This document shows, one piece after another, positions 47,646 to 60,100 of a stretch of 64,000 nt of DNA. The notes under the pieces were generated by a model that did not search any database, was not told the origin of the DNA, and saw only the letters and a list, made by a program, of their open reading frames with translations. The position numbers and the translations under genes were made by a program. This DNA comes from Candidatus Dormiibacterota bacterium. Lineage in GTDB: Bacteria > Acidobacteriota > Polarisedimenticolia > Gp22-AA2. Positions within the stretch are counted from its first letter, which is position 1. Every line of letters starts with the position of its first letter. The stretch lies in contig DASQAT010000028.1 of the NCBI GenBank assembly GCA_035635555.1, positions 7,885 through 71,884 on the forward strand, written 5' to 3'.

Positions 47646-49997
47646 CTACAACGGCAGGCGTCTCAGTCGCAGAGCGTTCCCGATCACCGTCACCGACGAG
47701 ACGCTCATGGCGGCGCCGGCCAGCATCGGGCTCAGCAGGATGCCGGCGACGGGATAGAAGACTCCCGCCGCGATCGGCACGGCCAGGACGTTGTAGACGA
47801 ACGCGAAGAACAGGTTCTGGCGGATGTTGCGCAGAGTCGCCCGGCTCAGACGAAGGGCGCGCGCAATGCCACGCAGGTCGCCTTTCACCAGGACGATTCC
47901 GGCGCTCTCCATCGCCACGTCGGTGCCGGTCCCCATCGCGATGCCGACGTCGGCACGCGCCAGGGCCGGGGCGTCGTTCACGCCGTCGCCGGCCATCGCC
48001 ACGACCCGTCCCTCCGACTGCAGCCTCGCCACGACCTCGGCCTTCTGCGCCGGCAGGATCTCCGGGTGCACCTCCTCGATCCCCAGGCGGCGGGCCACCG
48101 CCTCCGCGGTCGCCCGGTGGTCCCCGGTCACCATGACCACGCGCACGCCGCCGTCGCGCAGATCGCGCAAGGCCTCCGGTGTCGTCGGTCGGATGGGGTC
48201 CGTCACGCCGACGAGACCCGCGACGCGGCCGTCCACCGCCAGAAAGGCGACCGTCCGCCCTTCCGCGCGCCAGGCGTCGGCGCGCTTTTCGAAATCCGCG
48301 TCGCCTGAAGGCCCGACGCTTCCCGCGGGGCGCGCGCCGATCCGGTCCATGAGCCGGCGGTTGCCGAGCGCGACCCGCCGGCCGCCGACCGACGCCATGA
48401 CGCCGGCGCCGGGCACCGACTCGAATCCGCTCACCTCCCGAGGCGTGATGCCGCGCTCGCGAGCGCCGGCGAGGATCGCCGCGGCCAGTGGGTGCTCGCT
48501 GGCCTGCTCCAGGGAGGCGGCGAGGCGAAGAAGATCGTCTTCCGTGAACCTCGGCGTCGCCAGGACGCCCGCGAGGCGCGGCCGTCCTTCGGTGAGCGTG
48601 CCAGTCTTGTCCACGACCAGGGTGTCCACCTTCTCCAGCCGCTCCAGCGTCTCGGCATTCCGGACGAGAATGCCGGCGCCGGCCCCCCGCCCGGTCGCCA
48701 CCATGATCGACATCGGCGTCGCCAGTCCCAGGGCGCACGGGCAGGCGATGATCAGCACCGATACCGCGGCTACGACGGCGTGCGCCAGGCGCGGCTCGGG
48801 TCCGAAGAACGTCCAGCCGAAGAAGGCGAGCGCGGCGACGACCATCACGGCCGGCACGAACCACGACGAGACCACGTCCGCGAGGCGCTGGATGCGAGCG
48901 CGGCTGCGCTGCGCCTGCGCGACCAGGCGCACGATCCCTGCGAGGAGCGTGTCCGCGCCGACGCGCTCGGCGCGCATCACCAGGGTACCGGTGCCGTTGA
49001 GCGTGCCGCCGATCAGCCGGTCGCCCGGACCTTTCTCGACGGGGATCGGCTCGCCCGTGATCATCGATTCGTCCACCGGGCTCCGCCCCTCGATCACGGC
49101 GCCGTCCACCGGGATCTTGCCGCCCGGCAGGACGCGCAGCCGGTCGCCCGGTTGGACGCTCTCGAGAGGGACGTCGGTCTCGGAACCGTCCTGCGCGACG
49201 CGCCGCGCCGTCGGAGGGGCCAGGCCGAGCAGGGCGCGGATGGCTCCGCCGGTCCGGCTGCGCGCGCGCAGCTCGATCACCTGGCCGAACAGCACCAGGA
49301 CGGTGATCGCGGCCGCGATCTCGTAGTAGACCCCGACCTGCCCACCGTGCGTATGGAGCGCCGCGGGGAACAGGGAGGGGAGGAGCGTGGCCACGACACT
49401 GTAGCCGTAGGAGACGGCCGTGCCGAGGGCGATGAGAGTGAACATGTTCAGGCTGCGGTTGACGATCGACGCCCAGCCGCGCTCGAAGAACGGCCGGCCG
49501 CAGTAGAGGACCACGGGTGTCGCGAGCAGGAGCTGCGCCCACGTCACGGCGCGCCCGTGCGCATCGAGCAGGTCGGCGATTCCCGGCGCCATCCCGGACA
49601 TGGCGATGACGAGGAGAGGGATCGTGAGGACAGACCCGATCACAAACCGCCGGGTCATGTCCCGCTGCTCGGCGTTGTCGTCGTCGAGCGTGGGGAGCAT
49701 CGGCTCCAGGGCCATGCCGCAGATCGGGCAGGCGCCGGGACCGTCGCGCACCACTTGAGGATGCATCGGGCAGGTGAACCTGGCGGGCGCCCGGGCCGTG
49801 GATCGGTGCGGGGCTGTGCTCGAAGGGGCCGCGGCGTGGATCCCCCGCGCGGGGCCCGCGGCGAATTTTCCAGGGTCGGAGCGGAAAACATCCCGGCAGC
49901 CGTCGCAGCAGAAGTAATAGGTCGCGCCGTCGTGCTCGTGCCGGGACGCGGCTCGCGCCGGGTCGACCTCCATCCCGCACACCGGGTCGGTCGTCAT
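47646..49997 (-). CDS. copA: Copper/heavy-metal translocating P1B-type ATPase with an N-terminal TRASH/YHS-type metal-binding domain
   Basis: Start at [13 protein letters not shown]… (GGAG RBS), giving a YHS/TRASH-like domain (CGM…CCDGC) and a second CPMHP…CPICGM motif. The TM metal-site is CPC ([13 protein letters not shown]). DKTGTLT phosphorylation site. GDGVNDAP hinge. The ATG overlaps the upstream stop as ATGA. Confidence 0.9.
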   Translation of the reverse strand: MTTDPVCGMEVDPARAASRHEHDGATYYFCCDGCRDVFRSDPGKFAAGPARGIHAAAPSSTAPHRSTARAPARFTCPMHPQVVRDGPGACPICGMALEPMLPTLDDDNAEQRDMTRRFVIGSVLTIPLLVIAMSGMAPGIADLLDAHGRAVTWAQLLLATPVVLYCGRPFFERGWASIVNRSLNMFTLIALGTAVSYGYSVVATLLPSLFPAALHTHGGQVGVYYEIAAAITVLVLFGQVIELRARSRTGGAIRALLGLAPPTARRVAQDGSETDVPLESVQPGDRLRVLPGGKIPVDGAVIEGRSPVDESMITGEPIPVEKGPGDRLIGGTLNGTGTLVMRAERVGADTLLAGIVRLVAQAQRSRARIQRLADVVSSWFVPAVMVVAALAFFGWTFFGPEPRLAHAVVAAVSVLIIACPCALGLATPMSIMVATGRGAGAGILVRNAETLERLEKVDTLVVDKTGTLTEGRPRLAGVLATPRFTEDDLLRLAASLEQASEHPLAAAILAGARERGITPREVSGFESVPGAGVMASVGGRRVALGNRRLMDRIGARPAGSVGPSGDADFEKRADAWRAEGRTVAFLAVDGRVAGLVGVTDPIRPTTPEALRDLRDGGVRVVMVTGDHRATAEAVARRLGIEEVHPEILPAQKAEVVARLQSEGRVVAMAGDGVNDAPALARADVGIAMGTGTDVAMESAGIVLVKGDLRGIARALRLSRATLRNIRQNLFFAFVYNVLAVPIAAGVFYPVAGILLSPMLAGAAMSVSSVTVIGNALRLRRLPL

Positions 49998-52636
49998 CTC
50001 CACTTTTCGTAGAGCGCGGTCTGCCGGCTGGTCAGCGGCACCGGACGCCCCTTGATCATCAGATGACGGAGGCGCGCCAGCGGTTGGAGTGGATCCCCGT
50101 CGGTCGCGATCAGGTCCGCGTCGAGTCCGGGCTTCAGGCTGCCGACCCTGTCGGCGACACCGTAGATCTCGGCCGGGTTGATCGTGATGGCCCTGATCGC
50201 CTGCTCCCACGGCAGCCCGTAAGCCACCGCGAGCCCCGCCTCGTAGGGGAGCATCCGGGCGTTCAGCGTCTCGCCGCTCTGGATGGCGATCACGACGCCG
50301 GCCCGGTTGAGGCGGGCGGCGTTGTCGTAGAGGGCGCCGAGTGTTTCGACCCGCTCCGGCTGCACGGTGATCGGACCGACCACGACGGGGATGTGCTTCG
50401 CCGCCAGGAGGTCGGCGACCTTGTACGCCTCGGTGCCGTGGCTGATGATGAGCCTCAGCTTGAACTCGTCCGCCAGGCGGACGGCGGTGAGGATGTCGTC
50501 CACGCGGTGGGCGCGCGCGAGGATCGGCATCCTGCCCTGAAGGGCCGGCAGGAGGGCCTCCATCTTGAGATCGCGGTCCGGCGGGCCGGGCGGCCCGGCC
50601 GCCTTGTCGTCCCCCGCCGCCGGCTTCGATGACCCTTTCGCGTCGTACGCCTTCTTCTTGGCTTCGTACTCATCCCACTTCGCCTGGTAGTTCCTCGCCT
50701 TCGTGAAGGCGTCGCGCACGACGGCGGCGACCCCCATGCGCGTGGCCGGGCTCTGCCGGCGCTCCCCGTAGCGCGCCTTGGGCGGCTCGCCGAAGTTCAC
50801 GATCAGCGCGGCCCCGTCCTTCACGAGCGCCTGGTCGGGTGTCGCCCCGTCCAGGTGGACCACGGCTCCCTCTCCGGCGAACACGTCCCCTTCACCCGGC
50901 GCCGTGAAGGCGCCGGTGATGCCGTGCAGGCGCGCGACCGGGATCAATTCGCTCTCGGTGTAGTACGCGTCCAGGGCGCGCAGCTGCGGGGCGACCGGGT
51001 CGGTCCCTTCCTCGTCGTCGCGCATCACCTGGACGAGATCGATCTCCGCGAGACCCAGGTGCGTGTGGGACTCGATCAGGCCGGGGAAGATCCACTGCCC
51101 CTTCGCGTCGATGACGGTGGCGCGCGCCGGCGGCTTCAGGCCGGCCCCCACCTCGCGGATCCGGCCGTTCTCGACGATGACGGTGCCGTTGTCGACAGGT
51201 GCCCCGGCCATCGTGAACACGCGCGCTCCCACAAAGGCGTAGAGACCCGACGCGTTCACCGGATCGGGGCGCGGGACCATGACGGACGGCTCGGGGGCGG
51301 AGGGTCCCTTCGGCAGGGGGGGCGGGGCGGGCAGGCCGGCCGGTGTCGGGACGGCGCCGCGGTCGTACACCAGGTCGCCGTCGATGAAGGTCTTGTCGAC
51401 CAGCGTGTACATGTCGAGGGGGTGGCGGGTGAAGATGGCGATGTCGGCGTCCTTGCCGGTCTCGAGCGAGCCGACCCGGTCGCCGATCCCCAGGGCGGTC
51501 GCGGCGTTGATCGTGATCGCCTTGAGGGCGTCCTCCTCGGACAGGCCGTAGCGCGCCGCCACGGCCGCCTCGTTGTAGAGCCTCTGCACGAGGTTCCCGG
51601 AGTCCGAGTGGATGCTGACGCGCACCCCCTTCTTCGCGAGCAGGGCCGCGTTGTGCGGGATTCCGTCCCAGGCCTCGACCTTGTACCCCCACCACTGCGC
51701 GAAGGTGGCGACCGCGATGTCGCGCTTCTTCAGCTCGTCGGCGATCTTGTATCCCTCGAGACAGTGCTGGAAGGAGGCGATCTTGAAGCCGTATTCGTCC
51801 GCGATCTTCAGGAACATCAGGATCTCGTCCTTGCGGTAGGAGTGCACGTGCGCCACGATTCTTCCGTCGAGCAGATCGACGAGCGTGTCCAGCTTGAGAT
51901 CGCGGTCGGGCGGCGAGCCGCGCTCGTCTTCCTTCTTCGCCCGCCAGGCGTCCCACTTCGCCTTGTAGTTGCGCGCCGCGTTGAACGCCTCGCGGAAGGC
52001 GGCCATGTTCCCCATGCGCGTCGAGGGGGATTTCTGCCGATCGCCGTACACGCGCTTCGGGTTCTCGCCCAGGGCCATCTTGAGACCGCGCGGCGCCCCC
52101 GCGAAGATCATCCGCGACACGTCCACGCCCGGACGCAGCTTGACCGTCTGCGCCTCGCCGCCGATCAGGTTGGCGCTCCCCGGGAGGATCTGCACGGTGG
52201 TCACACCGCCGGCCCGCGCCCGGTCGAACTCGGGGTCCTCCGCCCAAACCGAGTCCAGGGCACGCACGTACGGTGTGATCGGGTCGGTCGCCTCGTTCCC
52301 GTCGCTGTTGGCGTCCACCTCGGGCCACGGGTAGACGCCCATGTGCGAGTGGGTGTCGATGATTCCGGGCATGACGAACCGTCCCGCCGCGTCGATGACG
52401 CGGGCGCCGTCGGGAGCGTCGAGCTTCCTGCCGATGGCGGCGATCTTCCCGTCCCGGATCAAGAGGTCGCCGTTCTCGATCGTCCCCTTCGTGACGGTCA
52501 GCAGCGTGCCCCCGCGGATCAAGGTGGCTGTCGGCGGTGAAGGTTGCGCCGGCGCCGCGGCCGGACGCCCCTGGACGAAAGAAGCAACGAGCGCCGAAGC
52601 CAGCCCCAGAGCGCACACAAGAACTCGCCTGTTCAT
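49994..52636 (-). CDS. Secreted tandem-domain amidohydrolase (two complete metal-dependent amidohydrolase modules fused, ~430 aa each)
   Basis: Signal peptide [18 protein letters not shown]. Both halves carry the (I)DTHSH / ESHTH metal-binding signature and a C-terminal Asp region. The halves are clearly paralogous (e.g. [28 protein letters not shown] vs [19 protein letters not shown]). Confidence 0.75.
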   Translation of the reverse strand: MNRRVLVCALGLASALVASFVQGRPAAAPAQPSPPTATLIRGGTLLTVTKGTIENGDLLIRDGKIAAIGRKLDAPDGARVIDAAGRFVMPGIIDTHSHMGVYPWPEVDANSDGNEATDPITPYVRALDSVWAEDPEFDRARAGGVTTVQILPGSANLIGGEAQTVKLRPGVDVSRMIFAGAPRGLKMALGENPKRVYGDRQKSPSTRMGNMAAFREAFNAARNYKAKWDAWRAKKEDERGSPPDRDLKLDTLVDLLDGRIVAHVHSYRKDEILMFLKIADEYGFKIASFQHCLEGYKIADELKKRDIAVATFAQWWGYKVEAWDGIPHNAALLAKKGVRVSIHSDSGNLVQRLYNEAAVAARYGLSEEDALKAITINAATALGIGDRVGSLETGKDADIAIFTRHPLDMYTLVDKTFIDGDLVYDRGAVPTPAGLPAPPPLPKGPSAPEPSVMVPRPDPVNASGLYAFVGARVFTMAGAPVDNGTVIVENGRIREVGAGLKPPARATVIDAKGQWIFPGLIESHTHLGLAEIDLVQVMRDDEEGTDPVAPQLRALDAYYTESELIPVARLHGITGAFTAPGEGDVFAGEGAVVHLDGATPDQALVKDGAALIVNFGEPPKARYGERRQSPATRMGVAAVVRDAFTKARNYQAKWDEYEAKKKAYDAKGSSKPAAGDDKAAGPPGPPDRDLKMEALLPALQGRMPILARAHRVDDILTAVRLADEFKLRLIISHGTEAYKVADLLAAKHIPVVVGPITVQPERVETLGALYDNAARLNRAGVVIAIQSGETLNARMLPYEAGLAVAYGLPWEQAIRAITINPAEIYGVADRVGSLKPGLDADLIATDGDPLQPLARLRHLMIKGRPVPLTSRQTALYEKWR

Positions 52637-52855
52637 CGATCGCCTCCACTGTCAGCGAACGCGAATGACCGTACCAGCCGCGGCAGGCGACAGGATCCGG
52701 TGCCTCGCAGTCACTGTTTCTGATGAGAAAACGGCCGGGATTGTAACATTGTGATCGTCCCCCCCAGGCTCCGCGTGGCGGGCGGGGCCGCGGTGCGTCG
52801 ATTTTGAGCCGCGCCATGCGCGCGAACGGGTGGCCAGCGTCCTGCGCGAGCGAAT

Positions 52856-53770
52856 ATGAGACGCGCCGCGGCCCCGCCCGCCACGCGCGTCCGGCGGCCG
52901 CGCGCCGATGCTACAATCCCGCCCGTGACCGAAGAACCGCGCGGCCTCACACTCGAGCCGGATCGCTGCAGCCGGCACAGCGTCGGCATCCATGCCTCGC
53001 CGGCCGAGGTCTACCACGCGCTGACCGATCCGAAGGAGCTGTCGCGCTGGTTCGTCTCGGAGGCGAGTATCGACCTGCGCCCGGGCGGCTCCTATCGCTG
53101 GGTGTTCGGGGAGGGGACCGGGGCGGCTGGCTCCGACCCGCTGGTCAGCTCGGGGGAGTTCGTCGACATCATCCCCCAGCAGTTCCTGCGCCTGAGCACG
53201 ACGGTGGAGGGGACCGAGACCCTCCTCGAGTTCCGCCTCGATCCGTGGCGGGACGGATCGATCCTGACCGTATCGCACTCGGGCTTCCCGGGGGAGGAAT
53301 CCTGGGACGACGCGTTCCGTTCGGTCGATCAGGGCTGGCAGTCCGAGATCCAGGTGCTCAAGCTGTACATGGAATCGGCGCGCGGTCTCATCACCCGCTC
53401 CCGCTTCCACGAGGCGAGACTTCCCGGATCCCCGGAGCAGATCTACGAGGCGTTCACGACGTCGGCGGGCCTGTCCTCCTGGCTCGCCGATCGCGCCGCC
53501 GCGGACGCCTCGCTGGGCGGGGAGTTCAGGCTGGACCGCGACGGCGGGCCCCCGATCAAAGGCCGCTTTGTGGTCTGGGACCCCGACCGCTTCCTGGTGC
53601 TGACCTGGGAGGCTGAGCGCCCGTCGATGGTGCGTCTCTGGCTGCAGGAAGAGGACGGCGGCGCCTCCACCGTCCTGATCCTGGAGCACCGCCTGTTCGC
53701 CACCGACGCCACGAACCTGGCGCCGTTCGACTGGGACGGTGCGATCGACAGGCTCAAATCTCGACGCTGA
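52856..53770 (+). CDS. Tandem SRPBCC (Aha1/activator-of-Hsp90-ATPase-like) domain protein
   Basis: Two repeats of the AHSA1-like pattern (…ASPAEVYHALTDPKELSRWF… and …SPEQIYEAFTTSAGLSSWL…). The start is uncertain; a GTG at ~52925 is an alternative. Confidence 0.6.
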   Translation: MRRAAAPPATRVRRPRADATIPPVTEEPRGLTLEPDRCSRHSVGIHASPAEVYHALTDPKELSRWFVSEASIDLRPGGSYRWVFGEGTGAAGSDPLVSSGEFVDIIPQQFLRLSTTVEGTETLLEFRLDPWRDGSILTVSHSGFPGEESWDDAFRSVDQGWQSEIQVLKLYMESARGLITRSRFHEARLPGSPEQIYEAFTTSAGLSSWLADRAAADASLGGEFRLDRDGGPPIKGRFVVWDPDRFLVLTWEAERPSMVRLWLQEEDGGASTVLILEHRLFATDATNLAPFDWDGAIDRLKSRR

Positions 53771-56700
53771 CTCCCGCCCGCACGAACAGGATCTCTCCCC
53801 GGATGGTCTCCCGCGGCAGCGCTCTCCGGAAGGCATCGAGGTAGATCTCCACCTGGCGCCGATGACGTTCCGCCGCGGCGGCGGGATCCGGTCCGGGACG
53901 CTCCGTCTTGTAGTCGGCCACGACCAGGCGGCCGCGACCGTCCCGGTACACCAGGTCGCACGCCCCGGACCACGTGACCCCGTCCCCGTCCCGGAAGAGG
54001 ATCGGGACCTCCCGCCCCAGAACGTCGACGCTCTTCAGGCGGGCGGGGAGCGGCGAGCGCAGGAACTCCTCGATGATCCCGTCCGTCTCGGAGAGGACGC
54101 GCCGGCGCAGCTCGTCGCGCGCGCGCTCGTCCATCTCCTGCTCGAGGACCCGCCCGACGGCGCCCCGGGCCAGAGTGCGCAGCCGTTCCGCGGTCTCGAA
54201 GTCCCAGTGCTGCAGGGCGGCGTGCACGGCGGCCCCCGCGAGACGGGCCGTGTCGCGCGCCTCCAGCGCGGCGGGGCGCGGTCCGGGCGTGGTCCCGACC
54301 GCGTCCCGGTCCACGCCGACGGGCCCCCGGGGCTCCGACTCCGCCTCGCGCGCCGGCGAACGGATGGGAGGAGTCGTACGGGCCGCTGCGGCCACGGTCG
54401 CGGCGAAGCGCCGCGCCCCCTCCTTCCAGCGTTCGTCGAGCGCGACGCCGGGTCCAGAGGCCGGAGGCTCGCGAGGCGTCATGCGACGGTGCATCACGCG
54501 GCCGCCCGCGAGCGGCCCGTCCTGCGGGTAACCCGTCTCCACCGAGTAGCCGAGGGCCGACAGGGCGTCGCGCCAGGGGGCCCGGCGCGCCTCGTTGCTG
54601 TTGACCAGGATCAGGCGCTCTCTGGCGCGCGTGCAGGCGACGTAGAAGACCCGCCTCTCCTCCGCCTCCTCGTGCAGTCGCGCGGCGCGCTCGTGCTTCA
54701 CCCAGGCCAGATTCGTGGTGCCGTCGGGGAGGCGGATTCCCAGGAGGCCGCCGTCCTCGGGCACCCAGGCCACGGCCGTGCCGGACGGCCGGCTGTGCTG
54801 CGACTCGCGCCCCAGGTCGGGCACGACCACGACGTCGAATTCCAGCCCCTTCGCCTTGTGAACCGAAAGGATGCGGACGGCATCGACGGTCTCGTCCGCG
54901 AGCGGGCTCTCTCCGTCGTCGCGCTGCTCCTGGAACTCGTCCTCGAGCGCCCGCAGCGATTCCTCCAGCGACAACCCCCGGCGGGCGAGGTCCTCGGCGC
55001 GGGCGACGAGCTTGCGCAGGTTGGCGATGCGCTGCGGCCCCTCGAACAGCGCGGCATGCAGGACGGGCAGCGGGGTGTCGCTCAGGGCGGCGCGGATGAT
55101 CGAATCGGGGGACCGTCCCCGCATCGCGGCGCGGAACGATTCGAGAAGACTGAGCACCCGGAACAGCCCCGGGAAGCCGGCGGCGTCGACGTCGCCGGCC
55201 GACGCGAGGTCCAGCCGCCCGCCTGCGGACGCGAAGGCCGCCAGTTCGGCGTCCGGGACGCCGCCCAGGGGTCCGCGCAGTACGGCCAGAAGCGCCGCCC
55301 GATCGTTCGGATTCGCCGCCGCCCGGAGGAAGGCGACCAGATCGCCGACCTCGGGACGCTCGTAGAACGTCTTGCCCCCTTCCACGACGAACGGCAGACC
55401 GGCCCGCCTGAGCGCCTGGGCGTAGAGGTCGACGTTCGTGAGAGCCCGGAACAGGAGCGCCACGTGCTTGCAGAGCAGGGGCCGGCCGGTGGCGTCGGGA
55501 CGCCCCAGGTTCGCCGCGAGCCAGCCGGCGATGACGTTCCCCTCCGCGGTACGCCTGTCGTCCGCGACGCCCGAGGCGGGGACGGACCAGATCTCGAGGC
55601 GCGCCGTCCCGTCCCCGGCGGGGCCGCGCGCCGAGACGATCGGTCGGTAGGCCGGCTGCTCGGCGGTTTCCCTGCGGCCGATCCAGGCGTCGAACAGAGC
55701 GTTGATCGGGGAGACGATTTCGTCCGGGCTCCGGAAGGAGTTGTCCAGCGTCAGGATCTCGCCACCGCAGGCCAGGACGTGTTCCACGGCGCGCCGGTAG
55801 GCCTCGATGTCGGCGCCGCGGAAACGGTAGATCGACTGCTTCGGATCGCCGACGATGAACAGACGGCCGGGGGCCAGGCGCGTGCGGTAGGCGTCCCCCG
55901 TCTCCGTTCCCGCCTCCTCGGACAGGAAGAAGAGGATCTCGTACTGCAGCGGGTCGGTGTCCTGGAACTCGTCGACCAGGATGGCGCGGTGCCGCCCCGC
56001 AAGCTCGCGGCGCACGGCGGTGTCACGCGCCAGCAGGTCGCGCGCCAGCCGCAGAAGCGCATCGAACGACGCGAAACCGGCCGCCAGGAGCCGCTCGCGC
56101 GCCCGCTGAGCCAAGGGTGCGGCGGCCGAGGCGACTGCGGAGACGCTCTCCTCGTCCACGCGGACCAGAGCGGAGACCAGCTCCATCGCCCGCGCCGCGA
56201 TCTCCTCGACTTCGTCCGCTTCGCATCCCTCGAGCCTCTTCCCCGCCACCGGCTCCTTTCCGAGATACTCCGCGAGCGTCCACCGTCCCGTCATCCCAGC
56301 CATCGACCCGGGACCCGATTCGAGGAACGAACGGAGATAGCGCGCGGAGATCTCCAGGAGAGTCTCCATATTCGGGTTCACGCCGCGGGCGCTGCGCTGG
56401 ACTCCGGCAATCGCCGCGAGGATCTGTTCGACCTCGGTTCCAAGAACGACACGGGGCGGTGCCGGCCGGAGCGCTCCGGCTTCCGTCGCCTCGGAAGGGA
56501 GCCGGAAGGAGGCGAGCGCCTCTGCGACGGAGACGACGCCGTCGAGGGCGCCGGGGAGGAGGAGCGCCCGGCTCCAGATCGCTGCGCGCGGGGCCCGGGG
56601 ACCAAGCTCCTCGGCGAGAAAGCTCTCCGATTCCACCTTGAACAGGCCCTGGAAGAACGGCCCGTCATCGACCGCGAACGCCGGATCGACTCCGGCCTGG

Positions 56701-57155
56701 CGCGGGTAGCGGCGCAGGATCTCGGCGCAGAAGGCGTGCAGAGTCGAGACCGACGCGGAATCGAGGTCGACCAGGGCCGCCAGCGCGCGCTCTTCGATGT
56801 GCCGCAGCTCCAGCCCCAGGTCACCGGCGAGCCAGGCGTAGGCGCGCCGAGCCTCGGTGTCCGCCGGGAGGCCCGCGGTGTCGGTCCGCGCGCGCGCCAG
56901 GCCGCGCAGTTCGTCCAGGGCTCGGGCCAGCTTCTCGCGCAGCTCAGCCGCAGCCTTCTCGGTGAAGGTGATGGCGGCGATCTCGGTCATCGGGACGCCG
57001 TGCCCGGCGACCAGGTTGAGGGCCCGCTCCACGAGGAGCGCCGTCTTGCCGGTGCCGGCGCCGGCCACCACGACGAAGTTGCGGTCGAACGCGGTGGCTG
57101 CACGACGCCTGGCCGCGCCGTCGGTCAGGACTCCGGGGAGATGGGCCGAGCTCAC
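53754..57155 (-). CDS. addA: AddA/UvrD-type helicase-nuclease (SF1 helicase with a C-terminal PD-(D/E)XK nuclease)
   Basis: The GTG start overlaps the addB stop (GTGA) and has a strong GAGGAGGA RBS. Walker A is VVVAGAGTGKTALLVER. UvrD motifs follow. The C-terminal nuclease motif is …GACDLVYRDGRGRLVVADYKTERP…. The track ORF 53754..59009 is an out-of-frame overlap artefact. Confidence 0.8.
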   Translation of the reverse strand: MSSAHLPGVLTDGAARRRAATAFDRNFVVVAGAGTGKTALLVERALNLVAGHGVPMTEIAAITFTEKAAAELREKLARALDELRGLARARTDTAGLPADTEARRAYAWLAGDLGLELRHIEERALAALVDLDSASVSTLHAFCAEILRRYPRQAGVDPAFAVDDGPFFQGLFKVESESFLAEELGPRAPRAAIWSRALLLPGALDGVVSVAEALASFRLPSEATEAGALRPAPPRVVLGTEVEQILAAIAGVQRSARGVNPNMETLLEISARYLRSFLESGPGSMAGMTGRWTLAEYLGKEPVAGKRLEGCEADEVEEIAARAMELVSALVRVDEESVSAVASAAAPLAQRARERLLAAGFASFDALLRLARDLLARDTAVRRELAGRHRAILVDEFQDTDPLQYEILFFLSEEAGTETGDAYRTRLAPGRLFIVGDPKQSIYRFRGADIEAYRRAVEHVLACGGEILTLDNSFRSPDEIVSPINALFDAWIGRRETAEQPAYRPIVSARGPAGDGTARLEIWSVPASGVADDRRTAEGNVIAGWLAANLGRPDATGRPLLCKHVALLFRALTNVDLYAQALRRAGLPFVVEGGKTFYERPEVGDLVAFLRAAANPNDRAALLAVLRGPLGGVPDAELAAFASAGGRLDLASAGDVDAAGFPGLFRVLSLLESFRAAMRGRSPDSIIRAALSDTPLPVLHAALFEGPQRIANLRKLVARAEDLARRGLSLEESLRALEDEFQEQRDDGESPLADETVDAVRILSVHKAKGLEFDVVVVPDLGRESQHSRPSGTAVAWVPEDGGLLGIRLPDGTTNLAWVKHERAARLHEEAEERRVFYVACTRARERLILVNSNEARRAPWRDALSALGYSVETGYPQDGPLAGGRVMHRRMTPREPPASGPGVALDERWKEGARRFAATVAAAARTTPPIRSPAREAESEPRGPVGVDRDAVGTTPGPRPAALEARDTARLAGAAVHAALQHWDFETAERLRTLARGAVGRVLEQEMDERARDELRRRVLSETDGIIEEFLRSPLPARLKSVDVLGREVPILFRDGDGVTWSGACDLVYRDGRGRLVVADYKTERPGPDPAAAAERHRRQVEIYLDAFRRALPRETIRGEILFVRAGVSVEI

Positions 57156-60100
57156 CCGTCCTCCTCGTTCGCGCCGGTGTCCCTGACCTGGTCCAGCATC
57201 GGCCTGAGGCTGCTCTTGCGACCTAGGAGCGCGTAGTCCCGTCCGTCCGGAGCGGATCTCACCCTTGCCACGGTAGGGACGTGCCAGCGCCGGCAGGCGC
57301 GGACGTATGCGCACGACTCGCACAACCAGCTGCTTCTGTTGAGGGGGAAGCTGCCGGTCCTCGCAAGATCGAGGAGCGTGCCGAGCGTCTCGGCAAAGCC
57401 GTCCCGGTACCTGGTCAGCGTCGACATCTCGAGAGTCACCCGCGCCCGGGTCTCCTCGTCGCCGCGTCCAGGCGGGAACGCCGGCCCCACGCCGAGAACG
57501 TCGGCGCGCGCCGGCGGCGCCTCCACCCTGCCGTCGCGCGACAGGCTCTCCAGGAGGAGGAGGTAGAGAGGCAGCTGCAGGCTCATCCCCTTGAGGATTT
57601 GCGCCGGGGACACCTGCCGGGCGAGCTTCCCGGAGGTCTTGTAGTCGGACACGATCAGGCCGGCGGCGCCGACGCCCAGGCGGTCGAAGCGGCCGCGGAG
57701 ATCGAGACCCCTGCCGTCGGCGCCCAGGGAGATCCGGCCGCTCTCCTCTCGCTCCAGGCCGACGAGCCGCGTCCCGTCCTCCAAAAGCGCCGCGAGATCG
57801 TCCCGCAGGAACCGATCGAGGGTGTGGAACCAGAGAGTCTCGATGGCGCGCCAGAGCAGGGGATAGCGCGCGGTCATGCGCCCGGCGATATCGCGAGTGT
57901 GCCGCGTCCAGGCGGCGCGGGCGAGCCCGGAGGCGCGCCGCGCCGTCTCGTCGGCCGGCTCGTCCGGGAGCGATCCGTCGGTGCGGATGAGTTCCGCGAA
58001 TACGTCGCGCAGGACAGCGTGAACCCTCGACCCGATCTCGCGCGCCTCGAGCTCGTAGGTCTCGCGCACCTCGTCCAACTCCTCGATGAGGAGGATGTGG
58101 CGGAAGAAGTAGTGCTGCGGACAGGCGCCGAGAATCTCCAGGCGCGATGGGGAGAAGCGGGACGCCGGCGGCGCCGCGGACCCGACGAAGGCGTCGAACC
58201 TGAGGTCCGCTGGGGTGAACTCCTCCACCACCGCCAGCATGGCGAGGCCGGGCCGGAGAGCGTCGAGGCTCCCGGGTGCGAAGGGGAGGACTCCGCGCGG
58301 CAGGGCGTCGAGCAGGACGCGCGGCGAGCGTGCCTGCAGCGCCGCCAGGACGGCGGCGTCCTGAGGCGGCAGCATGCCGAACCGCTGGAGCGCGTCCTGG
58401 CCGGCCTCGGCCGGGTGGGTGAGGACGCGACGCGCCCCGGCTTCGAGGCGCCTCATGTCGGGCGAGCCGTCCACGAGGCGGGCGACCTCGCGCAGCGCGA
58501 GGCTCGGGATCCTGGCGCGGCCGGTCTCGTCGGCGCGCTGCCACGACACGGTCAACCGCCGCGCGGCGCTTCCGAGGAGGTGCGCCAGGAGAAGACGCTC
58601 CTCTTCGAGCGCCGACCCCTTGATCGGCAGCGGCACCTTGAACGCGGCCCGCAGAGCGCGTCGATCCGCGTCGGGCAGGAACGGGTCCTCGGTGCGGCGC
58701 GGGGGGAAGAGGTCGGCGTTGAATCCGATCAGGAAGACGCTGTCGAACGACAGGCCGCGAGCCTGCATGGCGTCGAGCACCCGCACGCCGCCATGGTCCG
58801 GCAGAGCGGGTGAGCCGGCGCCTCCGAGCGCCCCGATCGGCGCGTCGCTGCGCGCCAGCGCCTGCTCGAAGAACGACAGCGCTGCAGGGCCCGCGTACGG
58901 GATGCCGGCGGCGTCCAGCCGCCGCATGTCCCTCAGGACACGGAGGACGACCGCGGCGCCCGGGTCGAGCGCCGCGGCGCCCTCCGGGGCGGCGAAGCCG
59001 TCCAGGCAACCGATCAGCAGGGACACCAGAGAGTCGACCCAGTCGGTCCAGCTCGAGGCGCGCGTCAGCGGCCGGCCGGCGCGCTGCAGGTCCTTGACCA
59101 GTGAAGCCAGCGCCCCGGCCTGCCGCCTCCGGCCGGCCTTGCGCGCCGCGGCGCGTTCCTTCTCCCCCTCGTCGGCATCAGGTTGGATGTGCGGCCGCCA
59201 GTCGTCCACCCAGCGCACGAGATCGCGCGTCCAGGCTGTGAATCCGCCCGCGATGTGCCAGTCGCGGCTGAGACGATCCCAGGCGTGCGCCTCCCGTGCC
59301 GGGTCGTGGCTCCCCGGACGCAGAAGCCCGCCGCGGCACAGGTCCATGAGCGGCTGCCGCGGAAAGTCCCGCAGGAGCGCGCGCGCCAGCTGCAGAGCCG
59401 CCTGCGCGCGCGCCTCCCGCAGCGCCCCGAGGGAGGCGGTCGTCTCGAACGGCAGCCCGTGGTCCTCGAAGACCGGACGGAGCTCGGCGGCGTACGGCTC
59501 GAGCGAGCGGGACAGGACGCCGATGCGGTGCAGGGGCACCCGCTCGTCACGGTGGAGCGCGAGGATCCGCAGGGCCACCTCGCGCAACTCGGCCGCGGCC
59601 CCCTGGGCGTGGAAGAACTCGACCCGCTCCCGGCGGTCTCCGGGGAGCGGACCGGGCTCCGCCGCTTCGTCGTAGAGACGGGGAAGCCGGTCCGCCAGCA
59701 GGCGATTGCTTCTGGCATCGGCCAGACCCTTGGGCTGGACGGCCAGGAATTCCGGCCAGAATCGGCGCGCCAGATCGTAGGCGCGGGAGGTGGGGTGGTT
59801 CGGCACGAGGAAGACGAGGCGCGTCGAGGAGGTCTCGGCGGCGCGCATCAGCTCGAGGTTGACGCCGATCAGATCGTAGGCCCCGTAGTGCACCACCAGG
59901 CGGAAGCGCCGGGCGTACTGCCGCACGGCGGGAACGGCGCGCAGGATCGACGCGGCCCGGTCGCAGAGGCCGGCGGCCGGGGAGTCGAGCGCCCGCGCGT
60001 AGTCGGCGTAAATCCGCAGCAACTCACGACCGCGATCGGTGAGACCCGCGATCGGTGTAGGCGCTTCGGAAGGCGTTCCGGATTCCCGCAGGTCGTCCAG

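Noticed and set aside
53754-59009. 1751-aa ORF, and 53739..57236 plus-strand 1165-aa ORF
   Set aside because: The minus ORF is AddA plus an out-of-frame overlap onto addB. The real AddA starts at the GTG at 57155, which is coupled to the addB stop. The plus-strand ORF is antisense noise.
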